Positions 50,723 through 59,283 of a stretch of DNA of 64,000 nt are shown here, in pieces. This stretch comes from a phage: the NCBI GenBank assembly GCA_014686905.1, contig GCA_014686905.1_4093.1, one strand, 5' to 3'. Position 1 is the stretch's first letter, and the number at the start of each line of letters is the position of its first letter. The notes under the pieces are model-generated. The model searched no databases. It was not told where the DNA came from and saw only the letters and a list, made by a program, of their open reading frames with translations. The position numbers were made by a program, and so were the translations under genes.

Positions 50723-51832
50723 TTATTTTGGTAAATCAATTTTAGTAAAGACTGCAACATCCTCGATTGCACCTGGAATGGCGTAATACGATCCAGTACT
50801 ATACACATCTCCATTTTTGGTTAATATCGATGTCAAACCATCACTAAAAAGAACATCTCTAATCTCACTAACTTCAACGGGTAATTGTAAATTGGTAGCA
50901 CTATATATAGCACCAGTTTGAGAATTGTTTAATCCCAAACCACGGTTCGCCCCAACACCCTTCTGATATGTACTAGTAATTACCATTTGTGTAGCAGTAT
51001 TTAATGCAGGTGAATTCGTCATAAACAACGGAGAACTATTAGGCAAAGTACTTACAGGAACTGCACGGAATGTAGTCGTACCTGAACTAAGAAAGTTTGG
51101 AGTTTGACCACATACGAAATATGATGTACCATTATAGTAATTTAATGCATTACCACCAATGGCTGCATCGATTACACCAGAACTACGCAATCCCCAAGTG
51201 TTAATTTGTGTTTGGTTCCCCGTACCATGCTGCCCACTACTATTCCATCCAGAACTATATAGCTTATTATCTAATGTAAGATACATACTATCATTCGCAT
51301 TGGTCATTACTTTACGAACGTTCGTAGCACATTGAGTTAATGTATAAATTGATGATGAACCAATACCCAAAGAACCACGATATCCATTATCTCCTGCACC
51401 ATAGAGTACTGAATTAGTGCTAAGTACAAATATTAAACCATTTGTACATACAATATTAGCAATTTCACTTACTGGTATAGCATTGGTAAACCAATTAGTC
51501 CTTTCAACTAATACAGTACTGTAAGAAGTAGTCGTAGAAGATGAGAACCAGTACGTTTGACCTGATGTCCATATAGTATTATCATTTTTAATAATAACAA
51601 GTGTACGATCACCCACGAAAAAATTAGAAACATCTGCACTTACTAATATCCATGAAGATACCGTGTTGGTATTACCATTTCCAGATTCACCACCTTGATT
51701 TCTACCTATGTAATATAAATCATGTGAATCAGTCAATAAGAATTGACCTTGTGTAGAAGCACCAACTTTAATTATATTTTTAGGACCAGGTACAATATTT
51801 CCGTACTTAACCATTCTTCCAAAAGGTAACAT
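50723..51832 (-). CDS. RCC1-like repeat protein, paralog 11
   Basis: MLPFGRMVKYGNI leader; LYSSGWNSSGQHGTGNQ, YGAGDNGYRGSLGIG. Confidence 0.75.
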   Translation of the reverse strand: MLPFGRMVKYGNIVPGPKNIIKVGASTQGQFLLTDSHDLYYIGRNQGGESGNGNTNTVSSWILVSADVSNFFVGDRTLVIIKNDNTIWTSGQTYWFSSSTTTSYSTVLVERTNWFTNAIPVSEIANIVCTNGLIFVLSTNSVLYGAGDNGYRGSLGIGSSSIYTLTQCATNVRKVMTNANDSMYLTLDNKLYSSGWNSSGQHGTGNQTQINTWGLRSSGVIDAAIGGNALNYYNGTSYFVCGQTPNFLSSGTTTFRAVPVSTLPNSSPLFMTNSPALNTATQMVITSTYQKGVGANRGLGLNNSQTGAIYSATNLQLPVEVSEIRDVLFSDGLTSILTKNGDVYSTGSYYAIPGAIEDVAVFTKIDLPK

Positions 51833-51905
51833 AAATCCCTCCTTATTCATTATACTATATTTAATACAAAAAAGAAAAGCCAGCATCAAGTACTGGCATA
51901 TCAAA

Positions 51906-53054
51906 TCACTGCAAAAATGACATATCGACTTCGGTATAATTAAGAACGTTCTGTCCAGCAATACCTCCCATTACTACAATTGAAGCCCCACAATAATATA
52001 ACTTCGAAGTGTCAGTAAGTATAAGTGAACCAGATGGGGTGCGTACCAAATTACACGAAGTATTAAACGAAGTATATGAAGGGGTATAAGAGTACTGATT
52101 AATATTATTACCAACACCTAATTGACCAGACGAGTTGCTTCCAGATGCATAAAGTACTTCATCACCTTTAACTATATGTGACGCCATGTTACCAACACAA
52201 GTATATAAACTATAAACTCCTGAACTCAATAATGTTGGAGTTTTGTATTGTATATCTGTAGATGAAGAAGTACCACCTGTGCCAAATTCGTTCCCGTATT
52301 GTGCACCGAACTGTTTACCACATGCGTACAAATTATTATCTGATTTAATAAAAAATGTACTCTGATAACTTACATCAAAATCTATAACATCCGAAGCAAT
52401 CATCGTCACCCCAGTAATAGAAGTTTGATTACCTGTACCTAACTGATAGTAATAGTTAAAACCACAACCCCATAAAGTATTATCTTCTTTTAGGTATATG
52501 TTACCAACTGCCTTTTTAACCGAAGTTATAGTATCTACCCTTTTGAATGTGTTAAAAGAATTAATGTTTGTACCATCACCAAATGATGATAGGTTAGAGT
52601 TATTGTTAGCTCCACAACAATACAATGTACCATCGTTTGTTATCAAATTTACCTTCATATCATTAAAACTACTCATGTATTTTATATCAGAAACATTAAT
52701 ACCACCTGATGTTATCCACGTAGTACATTCCGTCCACAAAGTTTTTCTATCAGTTACACCAGTGAATGCCTTCGTGTTACCAGTGATAAAAACTTTTCCA
52801 GTACCTTTCTCTTCATACAATTGACAATCACTACTGTTATTTTCCAATAGAACTCGTTTAACATTCTCCGCACTAAGAATAAATTTACTCGACGAAACAC
52901 CTGTTCCAGTACCCCAATTCGTCGCAGAAGATGCATACAACTTATCAGTATAAGTATCATGAAGATACATGGAATCACTGGAATATATTTTAAAACGTCC
53001 ATCATCACCAGGGGCAATATTCCCGTACTTAATCATTCTAACAAAAGGTAACAT
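51906..53054 (-). CDS. RCC1-like repeat protein, paralog 12 (close duplicate of paralog 10)
   Basis: MLPFVRMIKYGNI leader; long blocks near-identical to 49503..50651. Confidence 0.8.
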   Translation of the reverse strand: MLPFVRMIKYGNIAPGDDGRFKIYSSDSMYLHDTYTDKLYASSATNWGTGTGVSSSKFILSAENVKRVLLENNSSDCQLYEEKGTGKVFITGNTKAFTGVTDRKTLWTECTTWITSGGINVSDIKYMSSFNDMKVNLITNDGTLYCCGANNNSNLSSFGDGTNINSFNTFKRVDTITSVKKAVGNIYLKEDNTLWGCGFNYYYQLGTGNQTSITGVTMIASDVIDFDVSYQSTFFIKSDNNLYACGKQFGAQYGNEFGTGGTSSSTDIQYKTPTLLSSGVYSLYTCVGNMASHIVKGDEVLYASGSNSSGQLGVGNNINQYSYTPSYTSFNTSCNLVRTPSGSLILTDTSKLYYCGASIVVMGGIAGQNVLNYTEVDMSFLQ

Positions 53055-53102
53055 ATTTCCCTCCTTATTCATTATATCATATTTACCCCATAAAGAAAAC
53101 CC

Positions 53103-53131
53103 TTGACATCCTTTCAGTACTGGTGTACTAT
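53103..53131 (+). promoter_or_regulatory. sigma70-like promoter TTGACA-N17-TACTAT for small-ORF array
   Basis: TTGACA 53103-53108, TACTAT 53126-53131, SD AAGGAG before ATG 53157; divergent from RCC1 array. Confidence 0.5.
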
Positions 53132-53156
53132 AGAAGGAATATAAGGAGAACTACAC

Positions 53157-53384
53157 ATGACAAATACTCTTAAGCACTACCTCAATACTCTAAATGAACT
53201 AGAGTACGGGGAATTTCTCGCGGATAGTTCGTGGCTAATTGAGCTAAAAAATTATAATAGTCCAGGATGCACCCTTATGATGAACAATGCAATTGATACC
53301 CTCATTGTGAGTATTTTACACAGCAACATCTGCGGGGATAGCAATAAACAATTATCAAAAATCTTAGTACTGCTATCTATATGA
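53157..53384 (+). CDS. small-ORF array member 1 (75 aa)
   Basis: First ORF of head-to-tail array; hydrophobic C-terminus ILVLLSI. Confidence 0.5.
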   Translation: MTNTLKHYLNTLNELEYGEFLADSSWLIELKNYNSPGCTLMMNNAIDTLIVSILHSNICGDSNKQLSKILVLLSI

Positions 53385-53584
53385 ACATTGAACAGTACTA
53401 CATCGATGCACTACCAACAAAAGGTCTACGAGAAAGCCTACTGTATACACAAAATACTTTTATACACTACAAACGTTGTCCTAAACTCCTGAACTCGTAC
53501 AGGAGTAATATCATAAGAAATGCTTTACAAGGGGCAGAAAGTATGCAATACTATTATATCCTTGCCCTTTTAATCGAGTACTAA
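53381..53584 (+). CDS. small-ORF array member (67 aa)
   Basis: MNIEQYYIDALP...ILALLIEY; start overlaps upstream stop. Confidence 0.55.
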   Translation: MNIEQYYIDALPTKGLRESLLYTQNTFIHYKRCPKLLNSYRSNIIRNALQGAESMQYYYILALLIEY

Positions 53585-53585
53585 T

Positions 53586-53795
53586 ATGAATACTGAACAT
53601 AAAGAATTCTACACCAAATACCTTAGCAACGAAGAACAATTGTTTCTAAGGAGTGTATCACCTGTAAGTACCAATACTCACTTCGGTAGAGATTGCTTTA
53701 ATAATTGTATACGTAGTACTCTAGAAGCAATCGAATGCAATAACAAAAATATTATGTACTCAGGTTTAATAGGACTAATCTACTTCTATGAATAA
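53586..53795 (+). CDS. small-ORF array member (69 aa)
   Basis: MNTEHKEFYTKYLS...IGLIYFYE. Confidence 0.55.
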   Translation: MNTEHKEFYTKYLSNEEQLFLRSVSPVSTNTHFGRDCFNNCIRSTLEAIECNNKNIMYSGLIGLIYFYE

Positions 53796-53982
53796 TCATA
53801 AAGATTTCTATGGTAGTAAACTACACAAGCAAGACCAGCTATCATTCTCTTTAGCACCACCTATGAGAAAGGATAATCTATATTACAATTACGATTTCAG
53901 GATGGCGACACGTTATGCAATAGAACATCAGTTCCCTGAAACTAAGTACCGCTCTATCCTGAACCTCATCTTTAAGTTCTAA
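53788..53982 (+). CDS. small-ORF array member (64 aa)
   Basis: MNNHKDFYGSKL...LNLIFKF. Confidence 0.55.
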   Translation: MNNHKDFYGSKLHKQDQLSFSLAPPMRKDNLYYNYDFRMATRYAIEHQFPETKYRSILNLIFKF

Positions 53983-54034
53983 AAGGTGCAACAGGAACCG
54001 AGTACTTTAATATAGTAAGGCTAATTACATTATA

Positions 54035-54220
54035 ATGAATCATATAAGCTACTACTACCAACAACTATCCGACAGAGACAAGTACAGTCACAACTCCCAT
54101 GTGTGGTACTACAAACGCGGCAGTATAAGAGACAAACAACATTACTTCTGTATTTCTATTAAAGAAGCACTGACAACTAAGTACACGTACCGAGCAGTAC
54201 TGAAACTTATTGAAATGTAA
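54035..54220 (+). CDS. small-ORF array member (61 aa)
   Basis: MNHISYYYQQL...VLKLIEM. Confidence 0.5.
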   Translation: MNHISYYYQQLSDRDKYSHNSHVWYYKRGSIRDKQHYFCISIKEALTTKYTYRAVLKLIEM

Positions 54221-54228
54221 GGAAGAAA

Positions 54229-54411
54229 ATGAACATAGAATTCTATTTAACTAAACTACAACACGCCGAAAGATTCAACTTCAATAAGTTCAATATTTTC
54301 TACAATTGCGGGAACAAAAAAGATAAACACACCTTCCTATATGTCGTCACAAGAGATGCACAAAACGAAAAGTACACATACAGAGAAGTAATGAAACTAA
54401 TCGCTATTTAA
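54229..54411 (+). CDS. small-ORF array member (60 aa)
   Basis: MNIEFYLTKLQ...VMKLIAI. Confidence 0.5.
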   Translation: MNIEFYLTKLQHAERFNFNKFNIFYNCGNKKDKHTFLYVVTRDAQNEKYTYREVMKLIAI

Positions 54412-54419
54412 GGAATACT

Positions 54420-54599
54420 ATGCAACAATTCTATAGAGAACGTATAACCATAAAAGACCGTTTCATGTACGACACCTTCGTGAAGTACTACAAACTAGGA
54501 ACAAAAAGTACTAAAAATATTAATCTCAATAGCTGCATTTATGCTGTACTAACACAAGATAATCCCTACAGGGAAATCCTCGCCCTGGCATCTATATAA
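54420..54599 (+). CDS. small-ORF array member (59 aa)
   Basis: MQQFYRERITIK...ILALASI; below track threshold, found by reading. Confidence 0.45.
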   Translation: MQQFYRERITIKDRFMYDTFVKYYKLGTKSTKNINLNSCIYAVLTQDNPYREILALASI

Positions 54600-54609
54600 A
54601 GGAAACCAA

Positions 54610-55281
54610 ATGAAACTTAATGCACACAGCAAACAATACCTTAAGCACTTTAAGTACCTCAATAGTATTCAGGCAGAATCAGTTACATCTGCATATACGT
54701 ATCACCCGAATGTACTAAAGAAACGAAATAAAAAGGAAAAATCCAGTACAAATGGAGTTAACGTATCAAAGAACCTTGAATTGTACATGAAGAAAAATAA
54801 TATAGCTGTTCATTATATGAATATCTATAATACTGATTTAAAAGTATTGAGTACTAATACGAGCACAAAGGTACTAAAGAACGCATCCTTCATCATCAAT
54901 ATGCAGTTGGATAATACCCCGTGCACTTTAATGCTATACTTCGGGAATACATACTTCTTCGGGAATTGTAACACCTCCCACGATGTCAATACAGCACAAT
55001 TCCAAATGGGTGGCATATACAATATGGGTTCAAAAAAAGTACACGAGAATATGCACTTCTGGCAAGCACAACGTACAGAAGAAACTAAATCAATTGTAGA
55101 TTTCCTCAAAGAACTAGAACACAAAGAACTACAGGAAGAAGAACTATTCATGTACAGTACTGTAATCGATAATCCAGTACTCTATAAAAACGCGTACAAT
55201 CTGACAAAACATGTACAGGAAATTATCAGTACTAATAAGAAAATGCATCACCTCATTACGTATATTACAAACTATGTATAA
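54610..55281 (+). CDS. hypothetical protein (223 aa) embedded in small-ORF array
   Basis: Long ORF; stop overlaps start of next small ORF. Confidence 0.55.
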   Translation: MKLNAHSKQYLKHFKYLNSIQAESVTSAYTYHPNVLKKRNKKEKSSTNGVNVSKNLELYMKKNNIAVHYMNIYNTDLKVLSTNTSTKVLKNASFIINMQLDNTPCTLMLYFGNTYFFGNCNTSHDVNTAQFQMGGIYNMGSKKVHENMHFWQAQRTEETKSIVDFLKELEHKELQEEELFMYSTVIDNPVLYKNAYNLTKHVQEIISTNKKMHHLITYITNYV

Positions 55282-55456
55282 AGAATACTACCAAGAACAT
55301 CTCCCAATGCATCTCCAACACCTTGTACCCAAAGAACCAATAGGAATAAAAGATCACGCAAAAATAATGTTCCAACAATGTACTAAGTACACGCTCATAT
55401 ACGATGATAATCCATATATGCTGTACTACGTAGTAATGCTAACATTCAGGTACTAA
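55274..55456 (+). CDS. small-ORF array member (60 aa)
   Basis: MYKEYYQEHLPMHLQHLVP...VVMLTFRY. Confidence 0.55.
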   Translation: MYKEYYQEHLPMHLQHLVPKEPIGIKDHAKIMFQQCTKYTLIYDDNPYMLYYVVMLTFRY

Positions 55457-55457
55457 T

Positions 55458-55637
55458 ATGCACAAACATAAAGAATTCTACCTCTCGTACCTTAATTCCG
55501 ATATAGTAACATCCAATACCTTCAGTACTAAAATTATCTATAATGAATTAATAAAAGAATGTATTAAAGGTGCTATTAACCCTAAAGATACGTATGACTT
55601 GTACTATGCAGTACTAACCCTTGTTTTCACGAAATAA
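55458..55637 (+). CDS. small-ORF array member (59 aa)
   Basis: MHKHKEFYLSYL...AVLTLVFTK; TAATATG junction. Confidence 0.5.
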   Translation: MHKHKEFYLSYLNSDIVTSNTFSTKIIYNELIKECIKGAINPKDTYDLYYAVLTLVFTK

Positions 55638-55645
55638 CACATAAT

Positions 55646-55837
55646 ATGAATAACCACAAAGAATACTACATAGAGAAACTCCCAATGTATCTCCAACACC
55701 TTGTACCAAACGTTGCATTGGGTATAGAAAAAAACTACGAAAAAGACTACTTCATTCAGTGCACTAAATCCTCGATATATATTGACGACTATAATCGAGT
55801 ACTGTATCACATCCTTTTACTAATATATAGGTACTAA
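55646..55837 (+). CDS. small-ORF array member (63 aa)
   Basis: MNNHKEYYIEKLPMYLQHLVP...ILLLIYRY. Confidence 0.6.
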   Translation: MNNHKEYYIEKLPMYLQHLVPNVALGIEKNYEKDYFIQCTKSSIYIDDYNRVLYHILLLIYRY

Positions 55838-55838
55838 T

Positions 55839-56021
55839 ATGCACAAAGAATACTACACACAATTTCTCCCCAGCATTTTTGAACACTACGCCAGATATAA
55901 AGTCCCTCTGGATAACGATTTGGCAGTACTGGGATTCAATAACTGCATAGAACGAAGTATAGAAAATAGTAGTAGTTATGACCAGCTATATAACACTATC
56001 CTACTTATATTCAGGTACTAA
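55839..56021 (+). CDS. small-ORF array member (60 aa)
   Basis: MHKEYYTQFLP...ILLIFRY; TAATATG junction. Confidence 0.6.
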   Translation: MHKEYYTQFLPSIFEHYARYKVPLDNDLAVLGFNNCIERSIENSSSYDQLYNTILLIFRY

Positions 56022-56022
56022 C

Positions 56023-56211
56023 ATGCATAAAGAATACTACACAAAATATTTCCCAATGTACCTCAGAACTAATCTATTAGATAAACCTCGCGGTATCAAT
56101 GCACAAAATGATAAAGTGTATTTTACTATGTGCACTAAAGCATGTATACTAGATTTTGACAGCTACCATCGAGTACTGTATCATACCCTGTACCTAGCTT
56201 TCGTATTCTAA
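56023..56211 (+). CDS. small-ORF array member (62 aa)
   Basis: MHKEYYTKYFPMYL...LYLAFVF. Confidence 0.55.
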   Translation: MHKEYYTKYFPMYLRTNLLDKPRGINAQNDKVYFTMCTKACILDFDSYHRVLYHTLYLAFVF

Positions 56212-56220
56212 GAGAACAAT

Positions 56221-56406
56221 ATGCATAAAGAATTCTACTTAAGCCACCTCGATCTAAACTCCCAAATGCTTATACCACAAATCCCAATAGATATCAAGGA
56301 TAAGAAAAATACCGAACAATTCATTTACCATACACAGTGTGCGATCACCCCAAATTACATTCCATATGAATTGTACTACATTCTCGCCCTAATATATAGG
56401 TACTAA
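56221..56406 (+). CDS. small-ORF array member (61 aa)
   Basis: MHKEFYLSHL...ILALIYRY. Confidence 0.6.
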   Translation: MHKEFYLSHLDLNSQMLIPQIPIDIKDKKNTEQFIYHTQCAITPNYIPYELYYILALIYRY

Positions 56407-56407
56407 T

Positions 56408-56593
56408 ATGCATAGAGAATACTACACACAATTTGTTAAAGGGAACTACAAACATGCCGTACCCAGAACCCCTTTAAATTTTCATGACCCAAGTACTATA
56501 TTCTTGTTTAATGACGCAATACGTACAGTACTCAATACTAAAGATGAAGATGTGCAGTACGTATTCTTACTATTACTTATATACAGACACTAA
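56408..56593 (+). CDS. small-ORF array member (61 aa)
   Basis: MHREYYTQFV...LLLLIYRH. Confidence 0.6.
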   Translation: MHREYYTQFVKGNYKHAVPRTPLNFHDPSTIFLFNDAIRTVLNTKDEDVQYVFLLLLIYRH

Positions 56594-56598
56594 CTAAT

Positions 56599-56808
56599 AT
56601 GAATAAAGAACATAAAGAATTCTACTCCAAATACATAAGCCCCTCAGAACAAATGTTTCTAAGGACTACACCACCTTTAAGTACTAATACATATTTCGGC
56701 AGAGTATGCTACAATAATTGTATTCAAATGACTTTAAACGCAAACGAAGATGATAACAGTACTAACCTGTACTCAGGTATCATAGGTATACTATTCCTGT
56801 ATGAATAA
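56599..56808 (+). CDS. small-ORF array member (69 aa)
   Basis: MNKEHKEFYSKYIS...IGILFLYE (close to 53586 member). Confidence 0.6.
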   Translation: MNKEHKEFYSKYISPSEQMFLRTTPPLSTNTYFGRVCYNNCIQMTLNANEDDNSTNLYSGIIGILFLYE

Positions 56809-56989
56809 TTACAAAGACTTCTATTTGAATACACTACCTACTGTACTTTCTCTAAGTGCTCAATGTAAAATCCCGCTGGATAATGCTTACGCCAGATATA
56901 GCTATTCCATAACTGTTAATCGATGTATAGAGAATCATTGCAGTACTAACCAGTACTATAACATAATCCTACTTATATTCAGGTACTAA
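56801..56989 (+). CDS. small-ORF array member (62 aa)
   Basis: MNNYKDFYLNTLP...IILLIFRY. Confidence 0.6.
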   Translation: MNNYKDFYLNTLPTVLSLSAQCKIPLDNAYARYSYSITVNRCIENHCSTNQYYNIILLIFRY

Positions 56990-56990
56990 T

Positions 56991-57173
56991 ATGAATAAAG
57001 AACATAAAGAATTCTATATACGAAAACTAACATTCGTCCCCGTAAGAATATATAAAGAATGCGACCCAAGATTATACCTATGGCACTTCAATGAGTGCAT
57101 AAAAGATTCTATATACCCTAAGAACTACAAAGAACAATTGTGCTCAGTACTAACACTAGTACTATCATATTAA
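56991..57173 (+). CDS. small-ORF array member (60 aa)
   Basis: MNKEHKEFYIRKL...VLTLVLSY. Confidence 0.55.
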   Translation: MNKEHKEFYIRKLTFVPVRIYKECDPRLYLWHFNECIKDSIYPKNYKEQLCSVLTLVLSY

Positions 57174-57188
57174 TTAATAGAGAATACT

Positions 57189-57380
57189 ATGTATAAAAAC
57201 TTCTATATAAGTAAACTAAAAGAAAATGAACAAGTATGGATTAGATCTATAATTCCACTGGCATTTAATAGATATGCATTTAACAGATGTACCGAGATTG
57301 CTATAGACCCTTATAATATTAAAGAGAATGTACAGTATAATCAGTACTACTATATCTTAATGCTTATATATAGGAAGTAA
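57189..57380 (+). CDS. small-ORF array member (63 aa), last unit
   Basis: MYKNFYISKL...YILMLIYRK. Confidence 0.55.
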   Translation: MYKNFYISKLKENEQVWIRSIIPLAFNRYAFNRCTEIAIDPYNIKENVQYNQYYYILMLIYRK

Positions 57381-58429
57381 TTAAACACAAGTAGACAGGG
57401 GAAGCTCCTAGTGAACAACCTTTATGTACAGGCGAATTGTTAAAATTCAGCCTGGACAAATGCGATCACTAGGATTCTCCCCAGGCTAAACCCCGTAATC
57501 ATAGGTAGTCATAAGTAATCATATATAAACATTTATATGAGCACCGTAGAATCACAGAATGATTATATATGATTCAGTACTGATTAGTATAGACAAGAAT
57601 GCTCAAGAATGCACGGGAAGGATTCAGTACTGATATGCCACTAAGTAGGCAGAGGAAGTCTGCCGTACTTTTTAGTTTCCAAGCTCCTTTTCCATTTTTC
57701 AAATTACATCAAATGTAATCAAAAGTAATCACGCAATGATTAGTACTGAATTATTACTTTCACCTTAATTTCAATTACCCCTTTACCCTTCGGGGTAAAA
57801 TTCAATTACCCCTTGAGGCTCCAGCAAAAAGTTGGTTAGTACTCCATCCTAAATCTCGATCCTAAAAATTTTGGAGTACCTATGAAATAAAAGTTGGATC
57901 TTCGAAAGTTGAAATTTACGTTGGGACGTTTATGATTTGTGGGATATAATGATGTTTGTAGTCGGGTAGTTCTCAAGAATATCAGTACTGAATAATGAAA
58001 GAAAGCTATTGACATTATGATTCAGTACTGTATAATGTTCTACATAGAGAGATGAGTTGCTGCGAACAATTCATTTACTCTATCTCCTGTCGTGAGACAG
58101 TACAGAAAAGATAGTTCCTCCTGTGGTGGTACATCTTTTTGAACCTCATATGAAAATCGTAATAACAGTACTGATATTAACAGAATGGTGTCAGTACTGA
58201 TTTTAATCTAAAGCATTATGCCACCAGCTTGTGCTGGTGGATTCCCTCTAACAGTATTCAGTACTACATGATGGTCTTCATCCTCCTAGGGTAACATAGT
58301 GAGGGCTATGATGGCAGTACTGAATACTCCCTTTCAAAAGATAGATCTATGGTATAGTACTGACGGATTTTGGGTGTAGTTACCCTGGATGGATTTTGGG
58401 CGTAGATATGTCTAGCCCTCCAGAAGTCT

Positions 58430-58545
58430 GGAAGTAAAGATGGCTATCCATCTAGACGGCTAAACGGCTAGATGGCTGGATGGCTAGACGTTTGGACGGC
58501 TAAACGGCTAGATGGTTACACGTCTGGAAGTATAGACGGCTAAAT
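58430..58545. repeat. iteron-like short direct repeats
   Basis: GACGGCTAAACGGCTAGATGG twice plus partial third copy; GTCTGGAAGTA twice. Confidence 0.6.
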
Positions 58546-59158
58546 CAAAATTTTATTTTGTTTTTCCAATAGTTCCCCTACCGCGTGGGGATAGTTTCCC
58601 CGCAGTATCTGGCGTTAGATTTTTCTGAATCTGGAATCATTATCTTATAAACTGGGGGCAATGTCAACGACCTGGACGGATATTTTTAAAAATTTTTTCA
58701 GTACTGAATTTTGGGCGTAACTATGCACCCGGTGGGCTTGAGTCTTTCTCGACTTGATGGAACTATTATACAGTACTGGAAAAATAAAGCAATACCCTGG
58801 ATGAAAAAAGTTTTAATTAATTTGCTTGCCATCCTGGGCCGGACTATGGTACTATATTTCAGTACTGAGAAAGTGCGTTTACCTGCTAGGGTGCGGGAGT
58901 GTATCCTTTTTTTATATCTTGAATTTTGGACGGATCTTCCCACCCCCTGGGGTATCCGCTTTCTCGCGTCTATGTAGTAATTATACGCTTTTTCAGGATC
59001 AAGTCAATACCTAAAAACAAAATAATTGAAAATAATTTAACGCGTTTAAACGGCCCGTAACGCCCTGGAATGATTAGAATGGTGCAAATGTATAGCTTAG
59101 GTGTATTAATGCGTTAGAATGCGTCTGAGGCCGTTTTATGGGGTGTAGTAGTGATTTG

Positions 59159-59251
59159 GTTGATTCAGTACTGAATAATAGTACTCCTATATAGAAAGAT
59201 AGTTCCCCTGGATTGATTCAGTACTGAATAATAGTACTCCTATATAGAAAG
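59159..59251. repeat. ~38-bp direct repeat, two copies
   Basis: TTGATTCAGTACTGAATAATAGTACTCCTATATAGAAAGA twice, separated by ~15 bp. Confidence 0.7.
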
Positions 59252-59283
59252 AAAACTATTTTAAAAGTATTTGTAGAAAGTAC

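Noticed and set aside
40833-52824. Several + strand ORFs inside the RCC1 array (40833..41135, 45668..45913, 46378..46605, 46526..46780, 49729..49950, 50038..50253, 52498..52824)
   Set aside because: All are antisense frames of the - strand RCC1-like genes with compositionally biased translations and no start signals.
48245-53072. N-terminal extensions of RCC1 ORFs in the track (e.g. MEVLGSTLQ..., MLDRTFLII..., MNKEGN...)
   Set aside because: The extensions are in-frame read-through of the promoter/SD module (IKYSIMNKGG is TAAATATAGTATAATGAATAAAGGAGG translated); the conserved MLPFGRM Met with SD is the consistent start.
40091-53100. Reading the TAAATATAG...TATAAT module as a T4 late promoter (TATAAATA)
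   Set aside because: The match to the T4 late consensus is imperfect and a plain TATAAT -10 is present; without expression data I report it only as a -35-less promoter.
53157-57380. Periodic ~190-bp tandem units considered as a CRISPR array or satellite
   Set aside because: Units are about 190 bp, diverged throughout and lack short identical repeats with unique spacers; each unit keeps an intact ORF with start and stop.
58698-58977. ORFs 58698..58943 (-) and 58711..58977 (+) in the intergenic hub
   Set aside because: They overlap each other within a dispersed repeat copy, lack SD/promoter context, and their sequence recurs in other noncoding islands.
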